A program made the translations under genes and the position numbers. From Candidatus Profftella armatura (lineage in GTDB: Bacteria > Pseudomonadota > Gammaproteobacteria > Burkholderiales > Burkholderiaceae), in contig NC_021885.1 of assembly GCF_000441555.1 (NCBI RefSeq), positions 427,400 to 459,399 of the forward strand: DNA of 32,000 nt, given 5' to 3'. Under the pieces are notes generated by a model. It saw only the letters and a program-made list of their open reading frames with translations. It ran no database searches and was not told where the DNA came from. This document shows, one piece after another, positions 7,869 through 18,755 of the stretch; the first letter of the stretch is position 1; each line of letters starts with the position of its first letter.

Positions 7869-10610
7869 ATGTTACATCCAGCATTAAGAATTACTCCATC
7901 AGCTTTATTTTGGTTCGATTCTGTTAAACAAATAATAAAACATTGTGAAAATTTAAAAATAATTTCACCTAAAAAATATGATTTTTCATCTCTTCGTATC
8001 ATAGTTCCAAATACTCTTCATATTCAATATTTTAAAAAAGCATTTAATAAATTTTTTTCCTTTAAAAATTATATATCTCCATTTATTGGAACATTTGATA
8101 ATTGGTTAAAATTACATATATCTAATTTTGATATTTTTTTTCCAATTCAAAACCATGAAAAATTACTATATTTATATTTAAAATTACAAAAAAATTATTT
8201 ATTTAAAAAAAATAATATGATCAATAAAATTGATTTATTAATATTTTCTAAAGAATTAATTAAATTATTTCATGAATTAAATCAAATGTTATTACCATCA
8301 ATTTATAAACTAGATAAAATTAAAATTCGTTGGAAATCAGCTTTAAATTTTTTATCACCATTTGTTTATACTATATTAAAAGATGAAATTGAATTAATAT
8401 GGTCAATTTGGTGTTATCAAATTAAAAATGATGAATCAGTATGGCGATTTATGAATATAAAAAAATTAATAGTTGAAGTAGAAATGCCATTAATTTGGTT
8501 TACCTCTATTCAACCATCTCCAATTGAAATAAATTTTTTAAATAATTATGGCAAAAATTGCTCTGTATTACCAATAATAATAGATTGGTCTAAAATACCA
8601 TATTTATATTTTAAAGCCTGGCCGGAAATTCAATTATCAAAAACTGAATTTACCATAACTAAAAAATTTATATCTCCTTTATATATTAATGATAAAAATA
8701 TTGATGTGCCATCAAATTTATCAATTTGTCCTTGTAACAATTTAGAAGATATTGCTACACAAGTATCCCAAAATATTATCAATTTATTAATTTTAGGTTA
8801 TAAAAAAATTGCTATTATTGAATTAGATAGTCTAGTAATTAGCAGAATCTGTTCTTTATTGAAGCGATCAAAAATTTTTGTTTTTAATACGGTAGGATGC
8901 AAATTATCGAGAACTAGTGCAGCAGCTTTTTTGACTAATTTTTTTAATGTAATAGATGAACCTCGAAAAGCCAATAAATTTTTAATTTTTTTAAAATCAC
9001 CATATATATTAAATGATATTTTAGATAAAAATAATTATATATCAATAATTGAATCAATTTGTCGTGATACTATTATTTTTAATAACTTATATTTTGCCCT
9101 TAAAAAATTAAAAAATATTAATTTAGATTTATATAAATTAATACAAAAAATAGTAAATAAATATAAAAAATTACATATTAAATCTTATTCTATCTCAAAA
9201 TGGAATTCTATAATTTTAAAATTTTTTTTAGAATTAGGTATTAATGAAGCACTAGACACAAATGAATCTGGAAAACTTGTATTAAAAATTTTATCAAATA
9301 TATATAAAAATACAGATTTATTATTTACATTTTCTGAATATAGAAAATTTATTGAATTACAAATGGATATGACAAAATTTATATCAAAATCAGATGATAA
9401 TCGTGTTACTATATTATCGATAAATGATATATATTTGTTGCGTTTTGATGCTGTATTCATAGTTGGAATTGATATTGATAATTTTCCTTCATTAGTAAAG
9501 GAAACTTTATTTTTTTCAAATATATTTAGAAAAAAATTAAAATTAAATACAAATTATTCTTTACGTCAAAAACAATTACGTGAATTAACAGAACTATTAT
9601 GTTGTTGTAAAAAAGTTATATTATTTTGGCAAATATATAAAAATTCAGAATTAAATTTCATTAGCCCTTTAATTGAACGCTTACAATTAATATTAAATAT
9701 ATATAAAAAAAAATTAAAAAAACATCGTTCCAAAATAAATTTGTATGATATAAAATCAATTCCTATACTTCCTCCTCTTCCAAATTGTGGTGAATTACTT
9801 CCTTATAAAATATCTATTACTAGTTATAATAATTTCATAGAATGCCCTTATAAATTTTTTGCGCAACATATGCTTAATTTAAATTCCATTAATAACTTTT
9901 ATAATATTCCTCAAAAATACCATTACGGAAATTGGGTGCATAAAATTCTTTTTTTATATCATAGTCATTTAAATAATGTAAAAAAATTAATTTCTTTAGA
10001 TAAACGTTTTGAATTATTAAATTTAATTTCTAAAAAAATATTTAAAGAAGTTTTAAAAATTTGTCCAGTTTCTTTAAATTACTACATTTCTTGGAAAAAA
10101 TCAATTCCATACTATTTAAAATGGTCTAATTCTCATGAATATTCTGGTTGGAATTTTGTGTCCGGAGAAAAGAAATATAAAAAAACTTTATTTTTATTTA
10201 ATAACAAAAAAATAGTATTATATGGTCGTATTGATCGTATTGATAAAAATATAGATGATCAATATTTAATATTAGATTACAAAACTAGCGACTATAATTC
10301 TTTAAGAAAAAAAATACATAATAATAAGGATTATCAATTAATACTTTATAAATTTTTATTAGAAAAAAATATAAAGATCCCTAAATACAATGCTCAATAT
10401 ATTGTATTAAACAATAAGCAAATAAAAATAATAGATATCCCTAAAAATATATTAAATTCCGTCACAACAGAAAAACTAATATCAAAAATAAAAAAACAAA
10501 TATATTCAATTGCAACCGGAGCATCATTACCTGCTTTAGGTATTGAATCAATTTGTCGTTTTTGTAATATGAAAGGTTTATGTAGAAAAAAAGAATGGTT
10601 AATAAATTAG
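7869..10610 (+). CDS. addB: AddB-type helicase-nuclease subunit (PD-(D/E)XK nuclease with an Fe-S cysteine set; no Walker A seen)
   Basis: The 913-aa ORF has a C-terminal GRIDRID...LILDYKTS nuclease motif. Its four Cys are arranged C(x n)CxxCx5C (ECPYKFF ... CRFCNMKGLC). It lies directly upstream of addA. Confidence 0.8.
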   Translation: MLHPALRITPSALFWFDSVKQIIKHCENLKIISPKKYDFSSLRIIVPNTLHIQYFKKAFNKFFSFKNYISPFIGTFDNWLKLHISNFDIFFPIQNHEKLLYLYLKLQKNYLFKKNNMINKIDLLIFSKELIKLFHELNQMLLPSIYKLDKIKIRWKSALNFLSPFVYTILKDEIELIWSIWCYQIKNDESVWRFMNIKKLIVEVEMPLIWFTSIQPSPIEINFLNNYGKNCSVLPIIIDWSKIPYLYFKAWPEIQLSKTEFTITKKFISPLYINDKNIDVPSNLSICPCNNLEDIATQVSQNIINLLILGYKKIAIIELDSLVISRICSLLKRSKIFVFNTVGCKLSRTSAAAFLTNFFNVIDEPRKANKFLIFLKSPYILNDILDKNNYISIIESICRDTIIFNNLYFALKKLKNINLDLYKLIQKIVNKYKKLHIKSYSISKWNSIILKFFLELGINEALDTNESGKLVLKILSNIYKNTDLLFTFSEYRKFIELQMDMTKFISKSDDNRVTILSINDIYLLRFDAVFIVGIDIDNFPSLVKETLFFSNIFRKKLKLNTNYSLRQKQLRELTELLCCCKKVILFWQIYKNSELNFISPLIERLQLILNIYKKKLKKHRSKINLYDIKSIPILPPLPNCGELLPYKISITSYNNFIECPYKFFAQHMLNLNSINNFYNIPQKYHYGNWVHKILFLYHSHLNNVKKLISLDKRFELLNLISKKIFKEVLKICPVSLNYYISWKKSIPYYLKWSNSHEYSGWNFVSGEKKYKKTLFLFNNKKIVLYGRIDRIDKNIDDQYLILDYKTSDYNSLRKKIHNNKDYQLILYKFLLEKNIKIPKYNAQYIVLNNKQIKIIDIPKNILNSVTTEKLISKIKKQIYSIATGASLPALGIESICRFCNMKGLCRKKEWLIN

Positions 10611-10635
10611 TAATTAAAATAATAAAAATAAAATA

Positions 10636-13600
10636 ATGAATCAAAAAATACAAAAATCTTCAGAAATATCTTATGATATTAATGGTATTTCATCAAATAT
10701 TCAATCTTTTATTAATATATCTTGTAATCCAAAATATTCAGTAATAGTGGAAGCTTGTGCTGGTAGCGGTAAAACCTGGTTACTTATTAGTCGTATATTG
10801 CATATTTTATTAAATGGCGCTAAAGCATCTGAAATATTAGCAATTACATTTACAAATAAAGCAGCCAAAGAAATTCTTAAACGTCTAATGAATTTACTAA
10901 AAGAACTTTCTTTAAGTTCTGATAAAAAAATTGAAATATTATTATATGAACGAGGTATATCTAAAAAAAAAATATTAAATTTTATTCCATTAGCTCGTAA
11001 TTTATATCAAAAATTAATAATAGAAAATCAAAATTTATCAATTTATACATTTCATAGTTGGTTTGCTTATTTAATGCAAATAACACCTTTATTTTCTAAA
11101 TCAATTCGCGGATATAAATTAATCGAATTTACTGGAAAAATAATAGAAAATGCATATAATCAATTAATAACATTTGTTAATAAATCTAAAGACAAATCTA
11201 TTATTAAAAAATCTTTAATAACACTATATGATTTTTTTGGAACTAGTAATGAAAATATTCGTAAATTACTTAATGCATTTATTGATAAACGTGTTGAATG
11301 GTGGATATTATCACGAAATAATAATAACAATGCTATAGAAATTTTACGAAAATTAATGGGAAAAGACATCATATCAGATGCCCGTTTTTCTTTATGGAAA
11401 AATTCCTCTAAAATTAATGAAATTAATATAATAGTTAATTTATTAAAAAAAGGTTCCTTAATTAATAAAAAACGCGCTTTAATTATTGAAAAAATATTAT
11501 CATCTAATCCTAGTATTAATAATTTTTCTATTTTATCAAATCAATTTTTTGATAAAAATGGTAAATTACGTTCTAATTTAAAAACTAAGGATTTAAAAAA
11601 TGAATTAATAAAATACTTTAAAAATGATGAATTATTATCAATTAATAAATTCGATATAAAATTCAAAAAAATAGCAGAATATTTGAAAAAATTACTCAAA
11701 AGAAGCAAAGAATCTTCAATTTTATCAATAAACAAAGCGCTTTTTAAGTTAGGAAATATGTATCTTAATATTTATCAAAAAATAAAATTTAAAAAACGTG
11801 TAATAGATTTTTATGATATTGAATGGAAAATTTATTGTTTATTTACTAATGATAATCATGTGATCTATTTGCAAAATAGATTAAATATTTTATATAAATA
11901 TATTTTATTAGATGAATTTCAGGATACTAGTCCATTACAATGGATTATTATTAAATCTTGGATAAAAAAATACAGTGTAAAAAAAATAAAACCATCAATA
12001 TTTATCGTTGGAGATCCAAAACAATCAATTTATCGATTCCGTCATGCTGATCCACGTATATTCACTGCAGCTTGTAAATTATTAAAAAAACGCAATGGTT
12101 TTATTTTACGTTCTAATCGAACTTGGCGTAATTCTATAAATTTAATTAATGTATTAAATCTTAGTTTTAAAAAAAACCCAATTTATACTAAACAAACTAC
12201 TGCTTGTAAAAATATAGGAAATGTATGGAGACTTCCATTAGCAACAAATACATTTTTTTTTGAAAAAAATTTTCATACAAATATCTTAAAAGATAATATT
12301 AATTCAAATAATTTTCATGAAGAAGAAGATATTTTTTATAAAAATGAAGGAAAAATGATAGCTCAAATATTATTATATTTAAAAAAAAATTTTTTAATTA
12401 ATAATACTAAATCTAATAATATCAAAAATAATAGAAATTTAATATGGTCAGATGTAATGATTTTAATAAAAAAACGTACACATTTATTATCATATGAAAA
12501 TGCATTACGTCATTATGGAATCCCATTTATATCAGATAAAAGAAGTGGTCTACTTGAATCCTTAGAAATAACTGATTTAATTGCATTATTAAAATTTCTA
12601 AATATGCCAAGTGATTCTTTATCATTAGCACATGTATTAAAGAGTCCTATTTCAGGTTCTTCTGATGAAGATTTAATTATATTAGCAAAACGCTCAGAAA
12701 AAACTTGGTGGAAACGTTTAAAAGCTATATGCAAAGAAAACGTACAATCATTGTCTCTAAAAAGAATTTATAATTTATTAAAAAAATGGTTAGCAATTTC
12801 TTTAAATTTACCAGTATGTGATTTACTTGATATTATTTTATATGAAGGAAAAATAATTAAACGTTATACTCAATATACAGTAGCATTTAAAATAAATCAA
12901 GTAATTGGTAATATTCATAAATTTGTAGAATTATCTTTTAAATTAAACCTTAAAAATTATATTACTTTATCAAAATTTATAGATATATTATCCAATCTAG
13001 ATAATAAAATAGAAAATAATTCCATAGATGAGGAAAAAATTAATGTATCTACAAATTCGATACGTATTTTAACTGTGCATAGTGCAAAAGGATTAGAAGC
13101 ACCAATAGTGATTATTTTAGATTCAAATCATAGTAAACATAACTCTGATAAAATTGGTATCTTATGTAATTGGCCCCAAAATAAATTAAAACCAAAACAT
13201 TTTTCTGTATATTCTAGTGAAAAAGGAATGGCTCGAGATATTTTATTTAAAATAGAAGAGAAATTTAAAGAACAAGAAGATTGGAATTTATATTATGTTG
13301 CATTAACTCGAGCTAAACAATTACTCATTCTTAGTGGAATAAGAAATAAAAATAAAACAAATGGATTAATATTAGATAGCTGGTATAATCGCCTAAAAGG
13401 CGCAACAGATTTATCTATTGATTTTTTAAAAAATATAATAAATAATTCTTCAGAAATAATTAATTGTAACTCAAATTATAAGAAAAGTAACAAAATTACT
13501 CTTTCATTATTTAAATCACCTTGTTTGGAAATTAAAAATAACTTAAAAACTAATGCTAATATTATTCACGATAAAATTAACATAGACAAGGGTATTATTT

Positions 13601-14016
13601 TTCATGATTTATTAGAACGACTTTGTTCGCAAAAAAAATGGCCAATTATTGTTCCAACAACAAATTTTATTTCTAAATGGTTAAAATGTTCATTATCATT
13701 AGCAAAAATAGGTAGAAAATATGTAATAAAAATATTATCAAAATCACATTTAAGACGTTTTTTCGATTCTTCAAAATATTTAAAATCATATAATGAGATG
13801 GAAATTATAATAAATAATATTACTTTTAGATTAGATCGTGTTGTTGAATTTAATGATGAAATTTGGATTCTTGAATATAAATTAAATCTATTTAAAAGTG
13901 AAGAAAAAATCTATAGAATACAATTAAAAAATTATTGTAATTCTCTTAAAACCATATGGACTAAAAAAAAAATTCGTGCCGCATTTATTACTTCTGATGG
14001 TAATTTATTAGAATAG
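10636..14016 (+). CDS. addA: AddA-type UvrD/Rep superfamily-1 helicase with a C-terminal RecB-family nuclease
   Basis: The 1126-aa ORF carries the helicase motifs ACAGSGKTW, TFTNKAA, DEFQDTSP, GDPKQSIYRFR, LTVHSAKGLEA and YVALTRAKQ. Its C-terminal nuclease motif is DRVVEF...ILEYK. Confidence 0.87.
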   Translation: MNQKIQKSSEISYDINGISSNIQSFINISCNPKYSVIVEACAGSGKTWLLISRILHILLNGAKASEILAITFTNKAAKEILKRLMNLLKELSLSSDKKIEILLYERGISKKKILNFIPLARNLYQKLIIENQNLSIYTFHSWFAYLMQITPLFSKSIRGYKLIEFTGKIIENAYNQLITFVNKSKDKSIIKKSLITLYDFFGTSNENIRKLLNAFIDKRVEWWILSRNNNNNAIEILRKLMGKDIISDARFSLWKNSSKINEINIIVNLLKKGSLINKKRALIIEKILSSNPSINNFSILSNQFFDKNGKLRSNLKTKDLKNELIKYFKNDELLSINKFDIKFKKIAEYLKKLLKRSKESSILSINKALFKLGNMYLNIYQKIKFKKRVIDFYDIEWKIYCLFTNDNHVIYLQNRLNILYKYILLDEFQDTSPLQWIIIKSWIKKYSVKKIKPSIFIVGDPKQSIYRFRHADPRIFTAACKLLKKRNGFILRSNRTWRNSINLINVLNLSFKKNPIYTKQTTACKNIGNVWRLPLATNTFFFEKNFHTNILKDNINSNNFHEEEDIFYKNEGKMIAQILLYLKKNFLINNTKSNNIKNNRNLIWSDVMILIKKRTHLLSYENALRHYGIPFISDKRSGLLESLEITDLIALLKFLNMPSDSLSLAHVLKSPISGSSDEDLIILAKRSEKTWWKRLKAICKENVQSLSLKRIYNLLKKWLAISLNLPVCDLLDIILYEGKIIKRYTQYTVAFKINQVIGNIHKFVELSFKLNLKNYITLSKFIDILSNLDNKIENNSIDEEKINVSTNSIRILTVHSAKGLEAPIVIILDSNHSKHNSDKIGILCNWPQNKLKPKHFSVYSSEKGMARDILFKIEEKFKEQEDWNLYYVALTRAKQLLILSGIRNKNKTNGLILDSWYNRLKGATDLSIDFLKNIINNSSEIINCNSNYKKSNKITLSLFKSPCLEIKNNLKTNANIIHDKINIDKGIIFHDLLERLCSQKKWPIIVPTTNFISKWLKCSLSLAKIGRKYVIKILSKSHLRRFFDSSKYLKSYNEMEIIINNITFRLDRVVEFNDEIWILEYKLNLFKSEEKIYRIQLKNYCNSLKTIWTKKKIRAAFITSDGNLLE

Positions 14017-14224
14017 TATATGAAGTACATTTTTTGAAAAATCAATATAAATAAATTATAAAATTTTATATAAAATTTGTGTTTATTTTTTAAAATTTAT
14101 AATATTATTATAAATAAATCTTATTTATTATTAAATGATGAAAATTATTTATTTAATTAATATCATTATTTATTTTAAAAATTAAAATTAAATATTATTG
14201 AACATAATTTATTATTAAAATCGT

Positions 14225-14437
14225 ATGACTATAATTCGTGTTAAAGAAAATGAACCTTTTGAAGTTGCTATACGAAGATTTAAACGAACTATTGAAAAGA
14301 CAGGTCTATTAACCGATTTACGTGCTCGTGAATTTTATGAAAAACCAACTACAGTGAGAAAACGTAAATTAGCTGCAGCAATAAAACGTCATTATAAACG
14401 TATACGTAGTCAACAGTTACCTAAAAAAATGTATTAA
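14225..14437 (+). CDS. rpsU: 30S ribosomal protein S21
   Basis: The 70-aa ORF contains [17 protein letters not shown] and REFYEKPT. It is the first gene of the conserved rpsU-dnaG-rpoD operon. Confidence 0.95.
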   Translation: MTIIRVKENEPFEVAIRRFKRTIEKTGLLTDLRAREFYEKPTTVRKRKLAAAIKRHYKRIRSQQLPKKMY

Positions 14438-14481
14438 ATGCATAAAATAATAATTTAACTAATTTTATTATTTTAAATACC

Positions 14482-16326
14482 GTGTTTTCACAATTATTTA
14501 TCAATAATTTAATTAACCGCATAGATATTGTACATATAATAAGCGATTATATTTCATTAAAAAAAAGCGGTTCTAATTTTGTTGGATTGTGCCCATTTCA
14601 TGATGAAAAAACTCCTAGTTTTACTGTTTATCCAATTAAAAAATTTTATTATTGTTTTGGATGCGGTATATACGGTGATGCAATCCAATTTTTAATTAAT
14701 TATTTAGGATTTCATTTTATAGAATCCGTTAACTATCTAAAAAAAAATATCAGTATTTATGAAAAAGATGAAAAAAATTATTATTTTAATAAAAAAATAT
14801 TACCTGAGAAATCATCCAAATATTTTAATATAAATTCAACTAATGTAGATTTATCTTTATTAAAAAAAATAATGATATGTGCTTCTGATTTTTATAAAAT
14901 ACAATTAAAAAATTCAAAAGAAGCTATAAATTTTCTAAAAAAACGAGGATTAAATGAAGAAATAATTTTAAGATTTAATTTAGGTTATGCACCAAATGAA
15001 TGGAATGCATTAAATAAAGTTTTTTTAGATTATAATAATATTAATACATTAGCTTCTTCTGGTCTTGTTGTAGATAAAATAATAAATAAAGTAAATCAAT
15101 CACCTGTTATTGAAAAATACAAGCGATATGATCGGTTTCGTGGAAGAATTATGTTTCCAATTAAAAATACTGATGGACAAATAATTGGTTTTGGTGGTCG
15201 CTTAATAAAAGATTCCAATGAAGCAAAATATATAAATTCTCCAGAAACTCCTTTATTTCATAAAAGCAATGAATTATATGGCTTATTTGAAGCTAAAAAT
15301 GCCATTGAAAAATCTGGTTATGTATTGATTACTGAAGGATATATGGATGTAATTGGATTATCACAATTTGGTTTTTTGCAAACAGTAGCTATACTTGGTA
15401 CGGCATGCACTTCCACTCATATTAAAAAAATACTATTTTATACTAATTCTATAATTTTTAGCTTTGATGGAGATCAAGCTGGACGCCGCGCTGCCCGTAG
15501 AGCTTTAGAGGTATGTTTACTTTATGCTACAGATGATAAAATTATTAAATTTTTATTTTTGCCGGATAAATATGATCCAGATAGTTATATTAGAAAATTT
15601 GGATATAAAATATTTAGCAAAAAAGTATTAGAAGCAATGTCATTATTGCAATTTTTTTTAGAAGAAATTATTTTAAATTATAATTTAAAAACAATAAAAG
15701 ATATTGAAAAATCAAAATATAATATTGAATATTTATTTAAAATAATTCCATTATCATCATCATTAAGATTTAAAATTATAAGTAGTTTATCTAAAATAAT
15801 TAAAGTATCATTTAATGAAATTAATAATTTATTTAAAATAAATACATCAAGTATCAAACATAAAACTATAGAAAAAAAAAATATACAACCAATATGTATT
15901 GAGTATCAAATTATGAAATTATTAATTTCTTATCCATCATTAATAAACGAGATAAATTCAGAAGATATGATTATATTTTCTAAATGTTCACAAAATTATG
16001 TTAAAATGTTTTTTCAATTAATTGATACTATTCATATTTTTAAAAATGATATTGATCACTCTAAATTTATAAAATATTTAAAAAAAATTAATAAAAATTT
16101 CGAATCAATTATTGTTAAAATTCAAGACAATTTTGAATACAGTATTGAAATTGCTAAAAAAACATTATTAGATGCTATTTATAAAATAAAAATACAAATA
16201 TTAAATAATAAATTAAATGATTTAATAAAAAAAGGATCATTAAATGATCAAGAAAAAAAAATTTATCGTAAAATAACATTACATAAAAAAAAATTAGAAT
16301 CTAAAAAATTAAATAAAATAAATTGA
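14482..16326 (+). CDS. dnaG: DNA primase (GTG start, TGA stop)
   Basis: The 614-aa ORF has the zinc ribbon CPFHDEKTPSFTV...CFGCG and the TOPRIM motifs EGYMDV and DGDQAGRRAA. Confidence 0.94.
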   Translation: MFSQLFINNLINRIDIVHIISDYISLKKSGSNFVGLCPFHDEKTPSFTVYPIKKFYYCFGCGIYGDAIQFLINYLGFHFIESVNYLKKNISIYEKDEKNYYFNKKILPEKSSKYFNINSTNVDLSLLKKIMICASDFYKIQLKNSKEAINFLKKRGLNEEIILRFNLGYAPNEWNALNKVFLDYNNINTLASSGLVVDKIINKVNQSPVIEKYKRYDRFRGRIMFPIKNTDGQIIGFGGRLIKDSNEAKYINSPETPLFHKSNELYGLFEAKNAIEKSGYVLITEGYMDVIGLSQFGFLQTVAILGTACTSTHIKKILFYTNSIIFSFDGDQAGRRAARRALEVCLLYATDDKIIKFLFLPDKYDPDSYIRKFGYKIFSKKVLEAMSLLQFFLEEIILNYNLKTIKDIEKSKYNIEYLFKIIPLSSSLRFKIISSLSKIIKVSFNEINNLFKINTSSIKHKTIEKKNIQPICIEYQIMKLLISYPSLINEINSEDMIIFSKCSQNYVKMFFQLIDTIHIFKNDIDHSKFIKYLKKINKNFESIIVKIQDNFEYSIEIAKKTLLDAIYKIKIQILNNKLNDLIKKGSLNDQEKKIYRKITLHKKKLESKKLNKIN

Positions 16327-16408
16327 TAAAAAATATATTTTATATTAAAATGAAACATTTGGTAATTTTTTCAATTTGAAAATATTAAAATAAAATGTCA
16401 CTTTCAAA

Positions 16409-18337
16409 ATGAAATTTATTAATAAAAAAACAAAAATCAAGAATAAAAAAACAAAAGAAACCTTATTAAAGAATGCATTTTCTTTTGATATAAAATCTAA
16501 TAGTAGAGAAGAAATCGAAAATTTAAGAAAAAAGTTTAAAATATTAATTAAACTCGGTAAAGAACGCGGTTATTTAACTTTTTCAGAAATTAATGATTTT
16601 CTTCCAGAAGATATTATCGATCACGAAATAATTGAAAGTATTATTAAAACCTTTCGATATATGGATATTTCTGTATCAGAACACGTATTAGACACAGAGA
16701 CATTAATGCTTTCTAATATTACTAGTGATGATGATGTTGAAGAAGCAACAGAGGCAGCATTATCTACAGTTGATTCTGATTTTGGTAGAACAAAAGATCC
16801 AATAAAAATGTATATGAGAGAAATGGGCTCAGTTGAATTATTAACTAGAGACGGAGAAATTGAAATAGCTAAACGTATTGAGGAAGGTTTAAAAGATATG
16901 ATTCATGCTATTTCTTCGTGTCCCACTACTATTATGGAAATATTAATAGCAGCAGATAAAATTTCAAAAAATGAAATTAAGATAGATGAAATAGTTGACG
17001 GTTTAATTGATAAAAATTTTTCTAGTAATAATCGTGTTATTAAAGGTAATAAAAATAATAATGAAGAAAAAATATTGATTGAATCTAGTTCAGCTGATTT
17101 ATCAACAGAACAATTGGAGAAATTAAAATATGAATCTTTAATAAAATTTTCTAATATATCTTTTCATTTTGATAAAATGAGAAAAGCATTTGAAAAAGAA
17201 GGATATAATTCAGAATCATATATAAAAGCACATAATAATATTTCTAATGAAATGCTAGGTATTCGATTTACAGCAAAAAGTATTGAAAAATTGTGCGATA
17301 CCTTACGAAATCAAATTAATCAAGTTACTCAAATAGAGAAACAAATTTTAGAAATTGTTGTCAATAAATGCGGAATGCCACGTTTACATTTTATTAAAGT
17401 TTTTCCAGAAAATGAAATTAATTTAAATTGGGTAGACAATGAAACTAAAATTCAACATGATTATAATTTGATTTTATGTCGAAATATTCCTTCCATAAAA
17501 GAATTACAGCAAAAATTAATTAATTTACAAACAGATATTGTTTTACCATTAAATGATTTGCGTGACATAAATAGAAAAATGATTGCTGGAGAAATGAAAG
17601 CTCGTAAAGCAAAAAGAGAAATGACCGAGGCTAATTTAAGATTAGTAATTTCAATTGCAAAGAAATATACTGATAGAGGTCTTCAATTTCTTGATTTAAT
17701 TCAAGAGGGAAATATTGGTTTAATGAAAGCGGTTGATAAATTTGAATATCGTCGTGGTTATAAATTTTCTACTTATGCAACATGGTGGATAAGACAAGCA
17801 ATTACTCGATCAATTGCAGATCAAGCTAGAACTATTCGAATTCCAGTTCATATGATTGAGACAATTAATAAAATAAGTAGAATATCTCGTCAAATTTTAC
17901 AAGAAACCGGTTCAGAACCAGATCCTTCAGTAATTGCAATTAAAATGGAAATGCCAGAAGAAAAAATTAGAAAAATTATGAAAATTGCAAAAGAACCAGT
18001 TTCCATGGAATCCCCTGTAGGGGATGATGAGGATTCTCATTTAGGTGATTTCATTGAAGATGAAAATATGTTAGCACCTTCAGATGCCGCATTAAATGCA
18101 TCAATGCGTTCTGTAGTTAAAGATATTCTTAATTCATTAACACCAAGAGAATCTAAGGTTCTTCGTATGCGTTTTGGTATTGAAATGTCAAGTGATCATA
18201 CACTAGAGGAAGTCGGTAAACAATTTGATGTAACAAGAGAAAGAATTCGACAAATAGAAGCAAAAGCATTACGGAAATTACGTCATCCTTCTCGATATTA
18301 TAAATTAAAAATTTTTTTAGAAGGAAAAAAAAATTAA
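16409..18337 (+). CDS. rpoD: Primary RNA polymerase sigma factor sigma-70
   Basis: The 642-aa ORF has [39 protein letters not shown] in region 2 and [30 protein letters not shown] in region 4. Confidence 0.97.
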   Translation: MKFINKKTKIKNKKTKETLLKNAFSFDIKSNSREEIENLRKKFKILIKLGKERGYLTFSEINDFLPEDIIDHEIIESIIKTFRYMDISVSEHVLDTETLMLSNITSDDDVEEATEAALSTVDSDFGRTKDPIKMYMREMGSVELLTRDGEIEIAKRIEEGLKDMIHAISSCPTTIMEILIAADKISKNEIKIDEIVDGLIDKNFSSNNRVIKGNKNNNEEKILIESSSADLSTEQLEKLKYESLIKFSNISFHFDKMRKAFEKEGYNSESYIKAHNNISNEMLGIRFTAKSIEKLCDTLRNQINQVTQIEKQILEIVVNKCGMPRLHFIKVFPENEINLNWVDNETKIQHDYNLILCRNIPSIKELQQKLINLQTDIVLPLNDLRDINRKMIAGEMKARKAKREMTEANLRLVISIAKKYTDRGLQFLDLIQEGNIGLMKAVDKFEYRRGYKFSTYATWWIRQAITRSIADQARTIRIPVHMIETINKISRISRQILQETGSEPDPSVIAIKMEMPEEKIRKIMKIAKEPVSMESPVGDDEDSHLGDFIEDENMLAPSDAALNASMRSVVKDILNSLTPRESKVLRMRFGIEMSSDHTLEEVGKQFDVTRERIRQIEAKALRKLRHPSRYYKLKIFLEGKKN

Positions 18338-18402
18338 AAAAATAATTTTAAAAATTAATAATTTTTAAAATTAATATAATAGTTATATACTATGTAATAT
18401 TA

Positions 18403-18749
18403 GGGCCTCTAGCTCATGATTGGTTAGAGCAGCGGACTCATCAAAATGGTGACTTTTTTCAGAAATGAAAATTGAAAAAAAATCTAATATTAAAGATTTT
18501 AAAAATTGGGTTAATTCAGGGAAGCCTAAGTTTATAATACAAATATGGTAATCCTGAGCCAAGTCAAAAATACATTTTTGAAAGGTGCAGAGACTAGCGG
18601 AGAGGTAAAGTCCTCTTAATTACCGATAAAAACGCCCAACACCTGAACAATAATTTATACTATTGAAGGTGATGAGATAGTCCAGTAAATAGTGAAAACT
18701 ATAAAAAAACTGAATCCGTTGGTACCGTGTTCGACTCACGGGAGGCCCA
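18403..18749 (+). tRNA. tRNA-Ile(CAU), lysidine type, interrupted by an intron (exons 18403-18441 and 18713-18749)
   Basis: The joined exons give a 76-nt cloverleaf. Acceptor is GGGCCTC/GAGGCCC with C4-G69 and C5-G68, anticodon stem GCGGA/TCCGT, loop CTCATAA, T arm CCGTG-TTCGACT-CACGG. It resembles E. coli ileX more than the Met tRNAs. Confidence 0.9.
18442..18712 (+). ncRNA. Group I self-splicing intron (IC3-like, Azoarcus tRNA-Ile type), 271 nt
   Basis: The intron is inserted directly 3' of anticodon CAT. The internal guide GTGA (18449-18452) pairs with exon TCAT, giving a U-G pair at the splice site. The terminal nucleotide is G at 18712. Core blocks are CCTAAG/TATGG, GAGCCAAG, AAGGTGCAGAGACTAG, ATAGTCCAG and an ATAGT-GAAA-ACTAT hairpin. 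Confidence 0.85.
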
Positions 18750-18755
18750 TAAAAT

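Noticed and set aside
9185-12734. Five short minus-strand ORFs (9185-9460, 10462-10653, 11160-11372, 11541-11735, 12513-12734) antisense to addB/addA
   Set aside because: All lie antisense within long conserved ORFs, and they are low-complexity with no motifs.
16324-16326. Possible UGA-to-Trp recoding, as in some tiny AT-rich symbiont genomes
   Set aside because: dnaG terminates at TGA at the expected length. Conserved Trp positions (for example ATWWIRQ in rpoD) use TGG, and all ORFs have normal lengths under the standard code.
18442-18712. Homing endonuclease ORF inside the group I intron
   Set aside because: The 271-nt intron is filled by ribozyme core and hairpins, and no meaningful ORF is present.
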